From: Mobula hypostoma
Lineage: Eukaryota
Direction of reading: 5' to 3'
Assembly: GCF_963921235.1 (NCBI RefSeq)
Contig: NC_086097.1
Span: 88,786,001 to 88,850,000, forward strand
DNA length: 64,000 bases
Below the pieces are notes generated by a model that searched no databases, had not been told where the DNA came from, and was given only the letters and a program-made list of their open reading frames with translations. The first letter of the stretch is position 1; every line of letters begins with the position of its first letter. Positions 1 through 13,361 of this stretch are shown one piece after another. The translations under genes and the position numbers were made by a program.

Positions 1-323
1 TGAATCTTCACCAAGGAGGGAGGTGTTGCTGGAGTCACAGCAAAGGGTGGTGTACTGTCATTCTGCTAAGACTGAATAAGGCAAAAGTACATAAAGTCGT
101 CCAAAGGGAATTCAAGAAACCCTGTCCATAATCTTCCTAACAGTTTCTAATTCAACTGTGGCACTTCATGACTGAAATCTGGCTTTTGTAATGTGGGATC
201 TCTGCCATCAACTAGAAAGGTTAAGTTCCTAGACAAACATGGTAGCTCATGCTTCAGTCTTTACACTTATAAGCTGGGTCTAAGCTGCATTGGCAATAGG
301 AAGGAATCTTTTTAAAGCTAAAG

Positions 324-2316
324 CAAGATGCTGGAAATCAAAGTAATGCTCACAAAATGCTGGAGGAACTTGGCAAGCCAGGCAGCATCTATGGAAAAGA
401 TAAACATTTGACGTTTTGGTCTGAGACCCTTCATCAGGACTGAGAAAAAGAGATGAGGTCAGAGTAAGAAAGTGGGGGGAGGGGAGGAAGGTACTTCTTT
501 AAGATGATAGGTGAAACCGGGAGGGGGGGTAGTGAAGTGAAGAGCTTGGAAGTTGATTGGTGAAAAAGGTAAAGGCTTGGAGGAGGGAGAATCTGATAGG
601 AGAGGACAGAAGGCCATCCAAGAAAGGGAAAGGGGGAGGAGCACCGGAGGGAGGTGATGGGCAGACAAGGAGATAAGGTGAGAGAGGGCAAAGGGAATGG
701 GGAATGGTGAAAGAAAAGGGAGGAGGGAAATTACTGGAAATTTGAGAAATCAGTTTTCATGCCATCAGGTTGGAGGCTACCCAGACAGAACATAAAGTGT
801 TGCTTCTCCAGATTGAGTGTGGCCTTATCATGGCATAAAGAAGGCCATGGACTGACAAGTTTAACTGGTAATGGGAAGTAGAATTGAAATGGCTGACCCT
901 GTTTTTTCTGGCTTGGAAAAGCAGTCTCCCCATCTATGTCGGGTCTCACCAATATACAGGAGGCCACACCAGGAGCACCAGATACCCCAAAATACACACA
1001 GCTGAAGTGTTGCCTCATCCGGAAGGACTGTTTGGAGCCCTGGACGGCAGTGAGGGAGGAGGTGTAGGGGCTGGCGTGGCACTTGCTCAGCTTGCAAGGA
1101 TAAGTACCAGGAGGGAAATCAGTGGGGAAGGACGTATGGACAAGGGAGTCACATAGGGATGGATCCTTGTAGAAAGCAGGAAGTGGAGGGAGGGAAAGAT
1201 GTGCGTGGTGGTGGGATCCCATTGGAGATGGTGGCTTACAGAAAATTATGTGCTGAACATTGAGGCTGGTGGGTGGACAAGAGGAACCCTATTCCTGGTG
1301 TGGCGGTGGGAGTATGGGATGAGGGCAGACATGCATGAAATAAAAGAGATGCGGGTGAAGGCATTGTTGAATGTGGAGGAAGGAAAGCCCCTTTCTTTGA
1401 AGAAGGAGGACATCTCCTTCGTTCTGGAATAAAAAGCCTCCTCCTGAGAGCAGATGTGGTGGAGGCAGAGGATCTGAGGGAAGGGACTGGCATTTTTACA
1501 AGAGACAGGGTGCGACAGGTAGCTGTGAGAATCAGTAGGTTTATAAAAGACATCAGTGGATTAACTGTCTCCAGAGATAGAGACACAGAACGAGAAAAGG
1601 GAGGGAGGTGTTAGAAATAGACCGGGTAAATTTGAGGGCAGGGTGGAAGTTGGAGGCAATGTGGATGAAATCGATGAGCTCAGCATGGGTGCAGGAAGCA
1701 GCACCAGTGTAGTCATTAGAGTAGCACAGGAAAAGTTGGGGAGTGACACCAGTGTAGGCTTAGAATATGGACTGTTCCACATAGCCGACAAAAAGGCAGG
1801 CAGAGCTGGGACCCATGCAAGTTCCCATGGCGACACCTTTTGTTTGAGGGAAGTGGGAGGAGCCAAAGGAGAAATTATTGAGAGCGAGGACAAGTTCCGC
1901 TTGATGGAGGAGAGTGATAGCAGAGGGGAACTGGTTGCATCAGGTGTCCAGAAAGAAGCGAAGACCTTTGAGGCTTCCTGATGGGGAATGGAGGTGTATA
2001 GGGAATGGACATCCATGGTGAAAATAAAATGCTCAGGGCCAGGGATCTTGAAATCATTGAAAGATCAAGAGCATGTGAGGTGTCATGGATACAAGTAGGA
2101 AGCGACTGAACTGGGGGGATAAAACAGAGTCAAGGTATGCGGATACAAGTTCAGTGGGGCAAGAACAAACAGAAACAATGGGTCTACCTGGACAAGCAGG
2201 TTTATGGATGTTGGGGAGGAGGTAAAAATGGGAGGTATGGGGTCGAGGAACTATGAGGTTTGTAGCAGTGGATGGGAGATCCCCAGAGTTAATAACATCA
2301 GTGACAGTGCAGGTGA
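324..2316 (-). mobile_element. Degenerate Penelope-like retroelement (Neptune type): RT, GIY-YIG and 3' pLTR
   Basis: Frameshifted fragments MDVHSLYTSIPHQE (RT), CSWCGLLYIGETR (GIY-YIG) and LGSLQPDGMKTDFSNF (C-terminus). The terminal pLTR at ~324-442 carries a decayed hammerhead motif. Homologous to 24742-25972. Confidence 0.85.
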
Positions 2317-3000
2317 CCTAGAGGAACAATTATTTTGTTCTCCTTTACACTTGTATGCTGGAAATGACACAGAGCAATCTTGAATGATTGTAGTGATTGA
2401 ATCAGTGGGAATTTAACAGAACTTACTCTCTTCAGAAAAATGTTGACCTCCTACGTCCATTTGAAAGCATTAATTGATGCCAGTTTCAACATCTCATCCC
2501 TCAAAAGGGCACCTCCAACAGGTCAACTAATTCAGAGTAGAAGAAGTGTATTCATTGTGACAGTCTTAACTGTAATCCCCTCAGAACTTCCCCAGTATCT
2601 CTGGCTAGGACACATGATATTGCAACAGAACTTTATAGGTTGAAGCCCCACTCCTGAATCATGAATATAAATGTCTGGAAGGATTCTCCAATGAAGTCCT
2701 TGAGAAGAAGATGCAGTGTTGCAGCTACTGGTTTTCACATGGCATATGAAACAAAGATCTCATCTTTTCCTTGGGATGGGATCAAATAGAAGTATTTCAT
2801 GATCAAATGTCCTGCCCAATACTTATTTTCAATTAACTTCATTGGGAAATGCCTGGTCATTATTTCTATGGTGTTTAATCTGTGTTGTTGGATTGTCAGC
2901 TGGAAGAGAGGGACAACAAGGGGCAGGAGTCTTCAGTAAATGTGCTCATCCCACCTCTTCATCGACCTGCTTGAGTCCCATTCTGTGATTGACTCCTGCC

Positions 3001-3550
3001 TGTCAGGGCACTGGAGCAGGGGCCCAATCGCAGACCCAGTACTGAGCACACTGCGAAATTTATTGAGTAACAAATCCAGGGGGGCAACAAAGTTGGCGTC
3101 AAAGTGCAGGCAGAGATCAAAAATCCAGAGAAATCCAAAAATCAGAATCAAGAAACAGGCAGAGTCAAAAACCAGGACAATCAAGATAAACAGGTAAGGT
3201 CAATACTGAGAAGGACAGAGTTTATATATGAATGCTGGAAAGGCTCAGGAGAACTCACTGGCCCAATCTGGCGAAACACAGGTGAAAACACAGGACTAAA
3301 ATACACTGAGCAATAAACAGGGGCATTAGATAGGTGGAGCACAATGAGACAAAGGTGGCAGCAATACAGGTAATAATGGAAACAGGTGAGGGGTGGAGTA
3401 ATCAGTGATACAGGGGCCGGAGTAGAGCCGGGGCAGGTACAGGAACACATGGGGCATGAAAACAAACAAGAGCACATGGCAATACAAAACACAGAATGAC
3501 GGCGAGGCGGAAACACACAAAAAGACATAGCTCAACTGGAGGGGCTGACA
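3001..3550. mobile_element. Solo LTR (probably Gypsy)
   Basis: Ends TGTCAG...CTGACA; flanks cctgcc / cctacc are a near-direct repeat; 550 bp, non-coding. Confidence 0.6.
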
Positions 3551-4791
3551 CCTACCCTCTGTCACCATGAGGTGCATGATAATCTGCAAGGTGGAAGGTA
3601 ACAGTGTGAAGCTCTGCTGTGCATCATGTAGAAAGGCCACACTGCAGCAGATATGATGTGGCAAATAACCCCATCATTGTAGCTGGCAGTTCAAGACATT
3701 GATATCAGGATGGTCTCCCATTGCCCATCTCAATATAACGCACTCCAAGTTATTTTATGTTACGGCTGCAGGAACTTAAGGATTTCCAGAGTGCTTTATA
3801 GACAATGAAAATCTTTTGATTAAAAACTAGCTACAAACTTCATAACTTGCATTCAAAGGAAGTTGATGGTATCTGGAATGTGCTGCCAGAGGAGGTGGTG
3901 GAAACAGATGCAATTACTCTGTTTTAGATATATTTAGACAGGCACTCAAATAGGCAAGGCATCAAAGGATGTAGGTACATGGGATTAGATGCAATGGGCT
4001 GGAGGATCCTTTCTCAGTTGTACAACTCCATGAGAGTTGAGATGAAAATGACAATCGTTGAGGCTAAGAAGTTATGAACAGCAGAGCTGACGGAAGTAAG
4101 AGAAGAAATCACACAGAAATTGGGATATTATTGGATGTGTGATTGTATGCATCAGGGATTTCTTGGGCAAAGTCAACAGGTAAAATGAAGCCTGAAAGGG
4201 ATGCTGCCAGGATTATATTATCAAAAGGTATTTCAGTGCCTTTAAAGTGCTCTGGAAATTCTTGAGTTCCTGAGGGCCATAATATAAACACACAGCTTTT
4301 TAATTTATCCTTTTGGTGCCAAAGTTTAAGATAACAGGCGTTTTATGTCAGATGTTACTTCTATTTTCCATGGGCTGTAAACAAAAAAAGAGCACTGAAC
4401 TAGTAAATGACAGTCTGAAGTAGGTGCAGTAGCTACATAGCTTGTGTTCGAGCTGGATCTCCTCACTTACATGGAGCACTCCGGACTCCATTCCACTACA
4501 AAGGGCTGGGTGGGGAAGAGTGAGGCAGGAATTGGTGTACTGAGAACAACAGTGAAATACACGTGATCCAGTGGCACCTGCTATAACCCAGCCGTGAAGA
4601 TACAGCAGGGTCAGGAAAGATGTGAGGCACACTTGTTCTCTGCACTGGTGCTAAAAACCAAGGTTCTACATGCACTGTTCTCAATAGACAGTTGCTCAAA
4701 GCAAGCTTCTACAGACAACATTGCCATAATGATGACAGAAAATGAGGGATAATATTACTCTGCTTATCTTCAAGGGTATATAGGAGCTATA

Positions 4792-5533
4792 TTGTGGTGG
4801 TCATCGTGGCTATCCCTCGAGGTTGGTGATGGTCTTCGTTCTGTTGATCTATTTATGGGCTCTCAAGTGGCTTATGAGTCCAATCTTGGCTTTGAAAGTT
4901 ATTCTACATTCAGAACAGGTAGCTCCAGATGGCAGATTGGGCTTTGGTTGTTGCTACCTCTCTTTCCATTTTCTTCTCTTTTCTTCTAATTCTGCACATC
5001 TGTTGGCTTTGAAAGTTGCTGTTCCTTCTCTGATGATGCCTTGCCAGAGTTTCCTGTCCTTGGCATTGGTTTCCCAATTGTTAATGTCAATGTTACATTT
5101 CTTCATGTTGGTTTTTAAGACGTCCTTGAATCTCTTCTGTTGTCTACCTCTTTCACGTTTGCCTTCTTTAAACTGGGAGCAGAAGATTTGTTTCGGCAGA
5201 CGTCCGTCTTTCATCCAAACAACATGACTGCTCCATCTTAGTTGGTTCTTGATGATGTAGGCTTCAATGCTTGTTGTTTTTACTTCATTTAGCACACTGA
5301 TGTTGGTTCTTCTATCTTCCCAGCTGATATTTAAGATGTTTCGAAGACAGCATTGATGGAACTTTTCAAGTGCCTTCGGATGTCGTCGGTATGTTGTCCA
5401 GGTTTCTGATGAATACAGGAGCGTTGGGATTACCACTGCTTTGTACACTAACATTTTAGTGTCTGTTCAGATGTCACAATCATGAAAGACTCTTGTTCAG
5501 AGACGTCCAAAAGCTGTTCCAGCGCATTTAAGA
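4792..5533 (-). mobile_element. RTE-clade LINE, 5'-truncated 3' end
   Basis: ORF 4954-5454 (YKAVVIPTLLYSSETWTTY...RLPKQIF...RGRQQKRFKD) is a typical RTE RT C-terminus. A second copy lies at 54823-55228. Confidence 0.85.
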
Positions 5534-5682
5534 TCAGTATGTTATTGTATCAGTATGTTCTACTCTGCTATTGAAATTTATTCCATTAGTTTCAATGGAG
5601 CTGAATTTTAGAAGCAGATTATGATGCAACATAGTAGGTTTTCACTACTGACCATGGACAAATTTCTTATAGATAATCTAGT

Positions 5683-6032
5683 ATTGAAGTTCAATAGGTA
5701 CATTTAATGCCAGAGAAATGTATACAATATATATCCTGAAATTCTTTTTCTTTACAAACATCCACAAAAACAGAGGAGTGTCCCAAAGAATGAATGATAG
5801 TTAAACATTAGAACCCCAAAGTCCCCCCCAGCTCCTCCCTCCCACACAAACAGCAGCAAGGCAATAACCCCCCCTCCACCACCAGCCAAAATGCATCAGC
5901 ACCCCCCACCGAGCACTCAAACATGCAGCAAAGCATCAATAAAGAAACAGAGTTGCAGTACCCCAAAGACTACATGTTCACCCAGTAATTCAGCTGTCTC
6001 TCTCTCCCTAATAAGGGAAAAAGAGGTGTCCC
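5683..6032 (-). repeat. 3' part of a non-autonomous interspersed repeat (same family as 26848-27657)
   Basis: Reverse complement aligns by eye to ~27298-27657. Confidence 0.7.
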
Positions 6033-6232
6033 TGTTGATAAAATGTGAGAGTTGTGTATTTAACATTTCAGTAGTATTTGTGCATTATTGTAAAAATATT
6101 GTTTGATTAAGCATTCTTTGTTGTTTACATAACGCATTGTGGGTGATGTATAAAAGTGCGTAAATTGTAAACATCATGACGTTACAATGTGATAAATGTG
6201 TACCTTGCTTAAAGTAAACACGAACTAATACT

Positions 6233-7335
6233 CATAAGACCTTGATCAGAACGCACTTGGAGTACTGTGTTCAGTTCTGGTCACCTCACTACAGGATTGA
6301 TGTGGAAACTATAGAGAGAGTGCAGAGGATATTTACAAGGATGTTGCCTGGATTGGAGGGTGTAACTTATGAGAATAGGTGGAGTACACTTGGCCTTTTC
6401 TCCTTGGTGCGATGGAAGATGAGAGGTGACCTGATAGAGTTGTATAAGATGATGAGGGGCATTGATCGTGTGGATAGTCAGAGGCTTTTTCCCAGGCTGA
6501 AATGGCTAACACGAGGGGTCATAGTTTTAAGGTGTGTTAGAGTGAGTTTTTTTTAGGTAGATGATTTGTTTACACTTTGACTTTGACGATGACTTTGGCC
6601 ACCAGACTTCTATTTTAACTGTTTGACAATGTGCTTCCTAAAAGGGTGCGAATACCAGATGCTTCTGGCACCATAGTTTGACCTAATGCTGTAGTTTTGA
6701 AAACAGTATTATCTATACATTATAAATATTAATTGTCTTCTATGTTAGCACATAAAATGCCAAGTAAATCCTAAAGGCTGTGGATACCAACCCAGACATG
6801 TTGGCGTCGGAAGGAAAGGATGGTGTGATATTTTGTATGTAGCTTCAATCGAAAACATCATCTATGCATTGTCTATAACTTTTTAAGTAGCGACTGCCTT
6901 TGTGTTTAGCATATAAATATCGAGCCCACATTGAGCTAGCAGACCTTTCTGTGGAAAGCGTCTCCATCCGTAAGATGCCTGCTGTACCTTGTTGGGTCGA
7001 ATAAAGAAGCTGCTTTGTATCTACCAGTGACTCTGCCTCTCCGATGATTTCATCCATGTTACAACAAGGTGCTTGTAAATAGGTACCGAGGGGATGTCAG
7101 GGGTAAGTTTTTCACACAGAGAGTGGTGGGTGCATTGAATGCACTGCTGGTGGCTGTGGTGGAACCGGATACAACAGGGTCTTTTAACAGCCTCTAAGAT
7201 AGGTACATGGAACTTAGAAAAGTAGAGGGCTATGCACTAGGGAAATTCTAGGCAGTTTCTAGAGTAGGTTATATAGTTGGCACAACATTGTGGGCCAAAG
7301 GGCCTGTAATGTGCTGTAAATTTCTATGTTCTATG
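6233..7335 (+). mobile_element. CR1 LINE 3' fragment split by a solo LTR
   Basis: RTHLEYCVQFWSPHYR...MRGDLIELYKMMRG; the sequence resumes at 7072 and ends in a (ttctatg)n-type tail. Confidence 0.85.
6535..7066 (+). mobile_element. Solo LTR with perfect 5-bp TSD
   Basis: Ends TGTT...AACA; TSD AGGTG at 6530-6534 and 7067-7071; AATAAA near 6999; removing it restores contiguous CR1. Confidence 0.85.
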
Positions 7336-9139
7336 TACAGTATGTATCTCTCAACTCTAGTTTTCCTTTGAATTAGTTTGATGTTTTGAAGTTACGAAAC
7401 ATAACAGAAAGAGAATAGGTTACTGGGAAATAAGTGGGAGGTATGGATTTGGTGGGATTGCTCTGAAAGCCAGCAAAGACTTGATGGGACCAAAGTTTCC
7501 TTCTGTACCATAAAGAAATCCAAATCATATAAGAAAATATGAAGTTCACCTGAGAAACTGAATGGGCTCTCAGTTTAAAAGGCCATTTCCTCTGTTGGTG
7601 GAACATTCACTGGAGTGTTGGTTTGGATCAAATGCATTCATTCTCCCAAACAGGGCTTGAACTCAGAACCTGCAAGTTCAAGTTTAATTGCTATTCAACC
7701 ATTCATGAATATCCATGAATATAGCCAAATGAAACAACGTTACTCTGGAGCCAAGGAGCAAAGCACTGTACCAATATTCATACAATATACACAGCACATA
7801 TAGCAAGCACTTAGAAGAAATGAGCAAAATACAGTCATAAGCAGTCAAAGACCCTGAGTCTATGAACGTTGCAGCAGTCTGCAGTCAAACACCATATGGC
7901 TTATCTTCTGCTGAGTGAACACTGGGGACAGCACTGACTCCAGCGTGGACTCCAGCTGACTGAATGGTGTCAACTGAGTCATATTGGGGGTGTAGAGCTT
8001 AGGATGGTTGCAAGTGGATGGTTCCCCTGGTGGGAACTTCACAACAAGGGTGGGTGACAATGAAGTGAGATTGAAGCTACACAGGGCCGATGTTTGGGAG
8101 CACATCTTTTCAGAATTCTGGAGCTCGCTCTCTCAAATGGCTTCTAAGGGTCATTAGAATCATCCAAAAAGTGACTGGTAGACTTTTACTAAATGGGAAT
8201 ATTAGGAGTGTAGATAGGTTTAATATTTAAATGCAATTGAATGGGAAGAAGCATGGGGGATTGAATCATCTTCACACATTCCTATCTTTATCAAAGTTTA
8301 ATGTTTCAATTCTGTGACAATCTATCTACACATTACTCTATTGCTATCTCCAAACAAGGCTGTCCGCCCCAATTGCAATGCACAAAATGAAGAGGAACTC
8401 AGCAGGTCAGGCAGCATTTACGCCGGGGAATAAACAGTCGATATTTTGGGCCAAGACCCTTCATCAGGACAAACTCTGTGCTCGTCCTGCTGAGAGTTTC
8501 CTGGGCTTTCTGTTTTATTTCATCTTTTCTGCAGCATTTCACTTCTCCTTCTGCATCCTATGTTCAAGGTATCCATACGAAGGTAGAAAACGGTTAAAAA
8601 AATTCCAGCCACAATATCGCCAGCAATCTAGGGGAAAGACAGAACAGACTCGACCTGGGGTATGATTTCCACTTTGATGCTTCCGCTGAACATAACTGAC
8701 GTTTTTGCAGCGTTTGATCACACCAGCGTGTGCCAGTTCTTCTCAATGGCACAGTTATGTGTGTGCAGCTTCAGAGATTTGTGGTATTCAAACATGTCAA
8801 ACGCATTAAGAGCTACCTCTGTTCTGTCCTGAATTAGACAGAAAACTTTTACACAGCAGAAAACAGTAAGCAGGCCAAAGGTTTAGAGCAAATACTTCAG
8901 TAACATAACTCAACATTTTTTTTGCCTAAGTTAATTTTGAAATTATTTCCGTTCAGCATATCTAATTACTACTTTTGTTTGTTCCTGTTCCCACTTCAGG
9001 TTTTTACAAAACAGCCAAATCCTCTGCTGAATATTCTGGCAAGAAAATTAGAAATCCAACAGCAATTAGGCTGAAAAATATTTTTCCGTGGAACGTCCTG
9101 TGACAATTAATTCTGTTGTATCCATCAATCAAAAATGAA

Positions 9140-9448
9140 TTTATTTATTCAGAGATACAGCACAGGGTAGGCCCTTCCAGACCTTCCAGCCAAGCCCCCC
9201 CACCCCCAGCAGCCCCCCCAATACCCCTGATTAACCCTAACCTAGTCATGGGACCATTTACAATGACCAATGAACCTACCCGGTAGGTCTTTGGACTGTG
9301 GGAGGAAACCGGCGCATGCGGGGGAGAACGCACCCACTTCACGGGGAGGACGTATAAACTCCTTACAGAGGATGCCAGGAGTGAACTCTAACTCTGGTGC
9401 CCTGAGCTGTAATAGTATCGGGCCAACTGTTACACCACTACAGCACCC
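9140..9448 (-). mobile_element. tRNA-derived V-domain SINE
   Basis: The minus strand carries a ggagtttatacgtcctccccgtg V-type core; related copies at 54373-54622, 56028-56262 and 60998-61252. Confidence 0.7.
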
Positions 9449-10637
9449 AGAGAAGGAGAATTTGCATAAATATTCATTAGAAAGAATGTCGAGTTCTTGG
9501 CCGGAATCTAATCAAGAGGCCCCAGTAGTGTAAATTTATAGCAAACCAATTAACTAGGAATAAGGTTCAAATTGGAATCAAAACTATGGGTTCAGGTGGT
9601 TTCAGTACAGAATAATGGAGATCAGGAAGAAAGTTACAAAGTGGAATCTAAATATGGGATTTAGACAGTTTATGTATGGAATAACAGATCTCCAGGAATG
9701 AGTCATGGGCCGAAATTTAACTGAGGGAGAAATAGTGTTGTAAATAACAAATGTAAGTTTCTAAGCTTTCATTGAGATGAATACATTTTAATGTTCTGTT
9801 GCAATTCTTTAATGACAAGAATTTCAATGTATCAGCCATATGACTGCAGGTCTCCTATTCCCAATACAGTGTTTTGTTTGATAGAGTACAACTTTGAATT
9901 TATACAGTACTTTAAAATAATAAAACACCTTGTGACACTTCAAAGATATTGCACAAATGTAAATTGTAGTAACAGGCAGACAATGCCCCTGGCAGCACCA
10001 TCTCTTATTTATGCTTGATATCTGGACACAAAGACAGAACGGACATTAACTGCCCTCATCGAATCTGAGTCGCGGCAAGTCATTTGAATCATCTGGGTGA
10101 AATACTTGTACTGTGTTATCAAGTTTAGAATTCCAGAACTTTGGCCTATGATAACAATAATTTGAATTTGCATTCTGCTGTCAAAGCTGCAAAAGTGAAA
10201 ATTCCATATTTTGTTTTACTTTCCTTTTACTTTGTAGCAAACTTATAAATCTCTCTGCTCCTTTATTTTTTAGTCTATATGTCCTCTCCTTATTATCATG
10301 TAAAACTGAATTCATTTTCACTAGATGTAGCTGCCCGTTCAGATCAGCATGTTCTCCAACTCACAGCCTCTCGAACAGCTAACCGTGCTTCCCCTGTATG
10401 ACACCATTCAGGTTACTGGTTAGACCACATCTGGAGTACCGTGTCTACATTTGTTCCTACCACATGCTGGTTGATATAGTAGCCTTGGAAAATCTCCAGA
10501 GGAGAACCACACACGTCATCCTTAGTATAAAGGAGTGGTTCCCAAAGTGGGCAACATCAACTCTCTGGGGTGGTGCGAGTTTATAAAGGGGTGATAAAAA
10601 TAGCAGGGGTAATGCGGGGGGCGGAAGTGCTCAGTAG

Positions 10638-11165
10638 GGTTATGGGGAAACAGATTTGAGGATTCGGTAAGTGGAACAGAGGACACTGATTGCGAGTAAG
10701 CATGCTTTTAATTTACTATTTATTTACAAACAAACAGTGAAACACTCAACCAAGCATCTAAATCAAGCAAGTACTTATCTAAGCCCCCCAAGTTACACTA
10801 TGATATTAAACATTCAATAACCTCTCTAACTCAAACAGGTGCCCCCAAATTACACAACTACAGCATTCAATCAACAGGTACTTACCCAAGTGTGCGCATG
10901 GGCCTTCCTACCTGCAGCATACTTTCTCAATGGTTCTTCAGTCCTGATCGTGACCCAGCCTGAAGGGAGGCCCTAGCGTAAGTAGACCGAGCCTCCCACG
11001 TGCACTATTGGTATACCCCTGCAGTGCCCGAATCTGGAAGCTGGTGCCGTGGCGCGAAGACAGCCAGTGGGAGAGAGCTAACCACATCCTTTGAACAGGC
11101 CACTCAGTGACTGGCACAGCAGAAGCGGCTTTCGACCGGCAGGCAAGTTAATCCTTCATGTTGCA
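10638..11165. mobile_element. Possible solo LTR nested in the hAT element
   Basis: ~530-bp block interrupting the G-rich hAT subterminal region; flanks agtag / ggtag; ends in CA, but the left TG is not intact. Confidence 0.35.
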
Positions 11166-11742
11166 GGTAGCAAGGGGGGCAGCTGAGGGATTACAGGCTT
11201 AATTTAAGAAATTAATTAGTTATTATAACTATTTGATCCTCAGTGCTTCATAATTGATTACAATGATCACGTAATCACCTCATCTCTTGCTAACACACCG
11301 TTATCAGAATTCGTTCAAAGTGCATTATGGTTATTAAAAAGCAATGTGACACTTCTGAACTTGGCATATCATGAGAAACCTGGACTGAAGAAATTATGTT
11401 TACTTCCAGGCCTGCCCTACACATCAACTACCATTCACTACTGTGGTACAGTGACAGCTAGTACAATTCCCATTCTCTAATCATGCAGTGATGCATTTCT
11501 TGAGAATTAGAGTATGGCATTCAATGGGGTAAAGTTCAGAATCTGCCCTTTCGAATGGTCTTTACTGCATTTCCGTAGTCCATGGTTCAACCAGGATATC
11601 ACTGCCCCCACTTATGTACCTTCATACAGAGAATCAGATTTTGCCTGAGCTATGATGACACCATAAGTTTCCACTTTTCACAGCACTTGAAGTTAGACTT
11701 AAACAACCGGAAATTGACCGTGGTCGTTAATTCATAATGAAA

Positions 11743-12524
11743 ATGGCGGAAGCAGGCCAAACGAAAAAGAAGTGTAGACAGTATGGTGTGGAGCATCTGA
11801 AATATGGATTTATACCAGCACCAAGCAACCAACAGCAGTCTATCTGTCTGCAGTATGAAAATGTTTTTTCAAATGAGGCAATGAAACTATCCAGGCTCCT
11901 TGAACATTTGAAGAGAATACACTCCGATAAAAAGAACCACAACTTGGCTTATTTTCAGTCACTTTGTGAAAACTTTCAGAAACAGAAGACACTTCAAAAC
12001 ATGTTTGCCACTGACCTTTTCGAATTTCCAAGCCTCTCCGAATTGGAAGAGAAAGAAAAAATACCAGATGTTGATCTCCAAGTACTCTGTGCCCACGTGG
12101 GTGAGCGTAAGGACATGTCAAAAGAGATTTCAGGATCTTCTCTCAATCCAAATTCCAGATTGGGTAATCAATCCATTCTTGAACAGTTGTAAAGAGGAAT
12201 TAACATAAAGGATGAAGGAAGAACTGATCTTGCTACAAAATGAGCTTGAGCTGAAGCCGATGTTCAAAAAACCATATCAGGATTTTTGGTTGTAGAAAGA
12301 AATCTCTGAACACCACCCTGCACTCTGGAGAAAAGTCAAGATGCTCTTTATTGGCTTTCCAACAACATAATTAGTGGAGTGCTGTTTCAATGCAGTCGCC
12401 CAGCTTTGATCAAATCAACAAAACAGACTCAAATTACTGAACATAGGGATCTGAGACTCCTGAGTGACATTCAGCCTGACATTGCGAGGCTGATGTCACT
12501 GCACCAAATCCATCCATCTCACTG
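11743..12524 (+). pseudogene. Buster/SCAND3-ZBED-like transposase remnant
   Basis: The BED-finger N-terminus is fused near 12010 directly to the C-terminal dimerisation region; the catalytic core is missing; frameshifts and stops are present. Confidence 0.8.
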
Positions 12525-12979
12525 AAAACTGAAAAACAAATGAAGTCATGACAAGTTGGACTACTAACGTATGCTCTAAAATTGTTGACGGAAGTTGTTT
12601 TACTGTAATTAAATAAGTAAGTAATTTTATTTGTAGCTTCAAATATACTTGAATATTTTTTTCAATTATTTGTTACTCCTTTGAATTTGCAGTTTATATT
12701 TTTTCACTGTGCATTGTAAATCAAAATTCTTTATAGTTTTTATGTAATGGCCGGAAAAGTAGGGGATGCTGGGGATATGATCTGCTCCATTAACCCAAAA
12801 AAGTTTGGGAACCACTGTATAAAGTGCTTCCACTCTAAAAGGAACTTTAGAACTTGCTTTAGAGTATTCCATACTTGGCTGGAGCGTCTTAAATGTGGGT
12901 ATAGAAATAAATGAATGGGACTGTGTGCTTTTTGATAACATTCCCGTTTTAAAAATCGGAGAGAATTAAGAGCTTAGAT

Positions 12980-13059
12980 CTAGCATTCCCAACATTTTTT
13001 ATGCCATGGATACCTACTATTAACCCAGGGGTCCATGGACTCCAGGTTGGGAACCCCTG
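12980..13059. mobile_element. 80-bp hAT MITE
   Basis: 8-bp TSD GCTTAGAT at 12972-12979 and 13060-13067; ends ctagcattcccaac / gttgggaacccctg. Confidence 0.8.
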
Positions 13060-13361
13060 GCTTAGATTATCCAAGAATGGAAATAATCTCGCTGTTTAGC
13101 ATATAAAAATATAGGAGCTGGGATGTTATGTTAGACTTATACAAAATGTTGATTAGGTCACATATAAAGTTCTCCAACCACGCTGTTGGATGGGGTTAAG
13201 AAGAGAATGTACAGAAAAGATTAACAAGGATGTTATCTGGACTGGAGGTCCTGCGTTATAAGAAATTGGATGGGCTGAGTCTATTTTGCCTAGAGTGAAT
13301 GGGGCTAAATAAGAAGCAACTTCCTATTGATAGATGTGTTGAGAATCAGAAGACATAGACT

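Larger units (their letters stand above)
10533..12817 (+). mobile_element. hAT (Buster/Charlie-type) DNA transposon, internally deleted
   Basis: TIRs (g)agtggttcccaaa / tttgggaaccact(g); 8-bp TSD GTATAAAG at 10525-10532 and 12817-12824. Transposase remnants: N-terminal RQY...GFI...C...SNEAMKLSRLLEHL and C-terminal PDWVINPF...FPTTxLVE...HQIHPSH. Confidence 0.88.

Noticed and set aside
8718..8765. Resemblance of THNCAIEKNWHTLV to a sialyltransferase very-small motif
   Set aside because: The match is too short, the spacing is imperfect and no other sialylmotif exons were found.
11737..12524. Domesticated SCAND3/ZBED host gene
   Set aside because: It is flanked by TIRs and a TSD, lacks the catalytic core, and has multiple stops and frameshifts.
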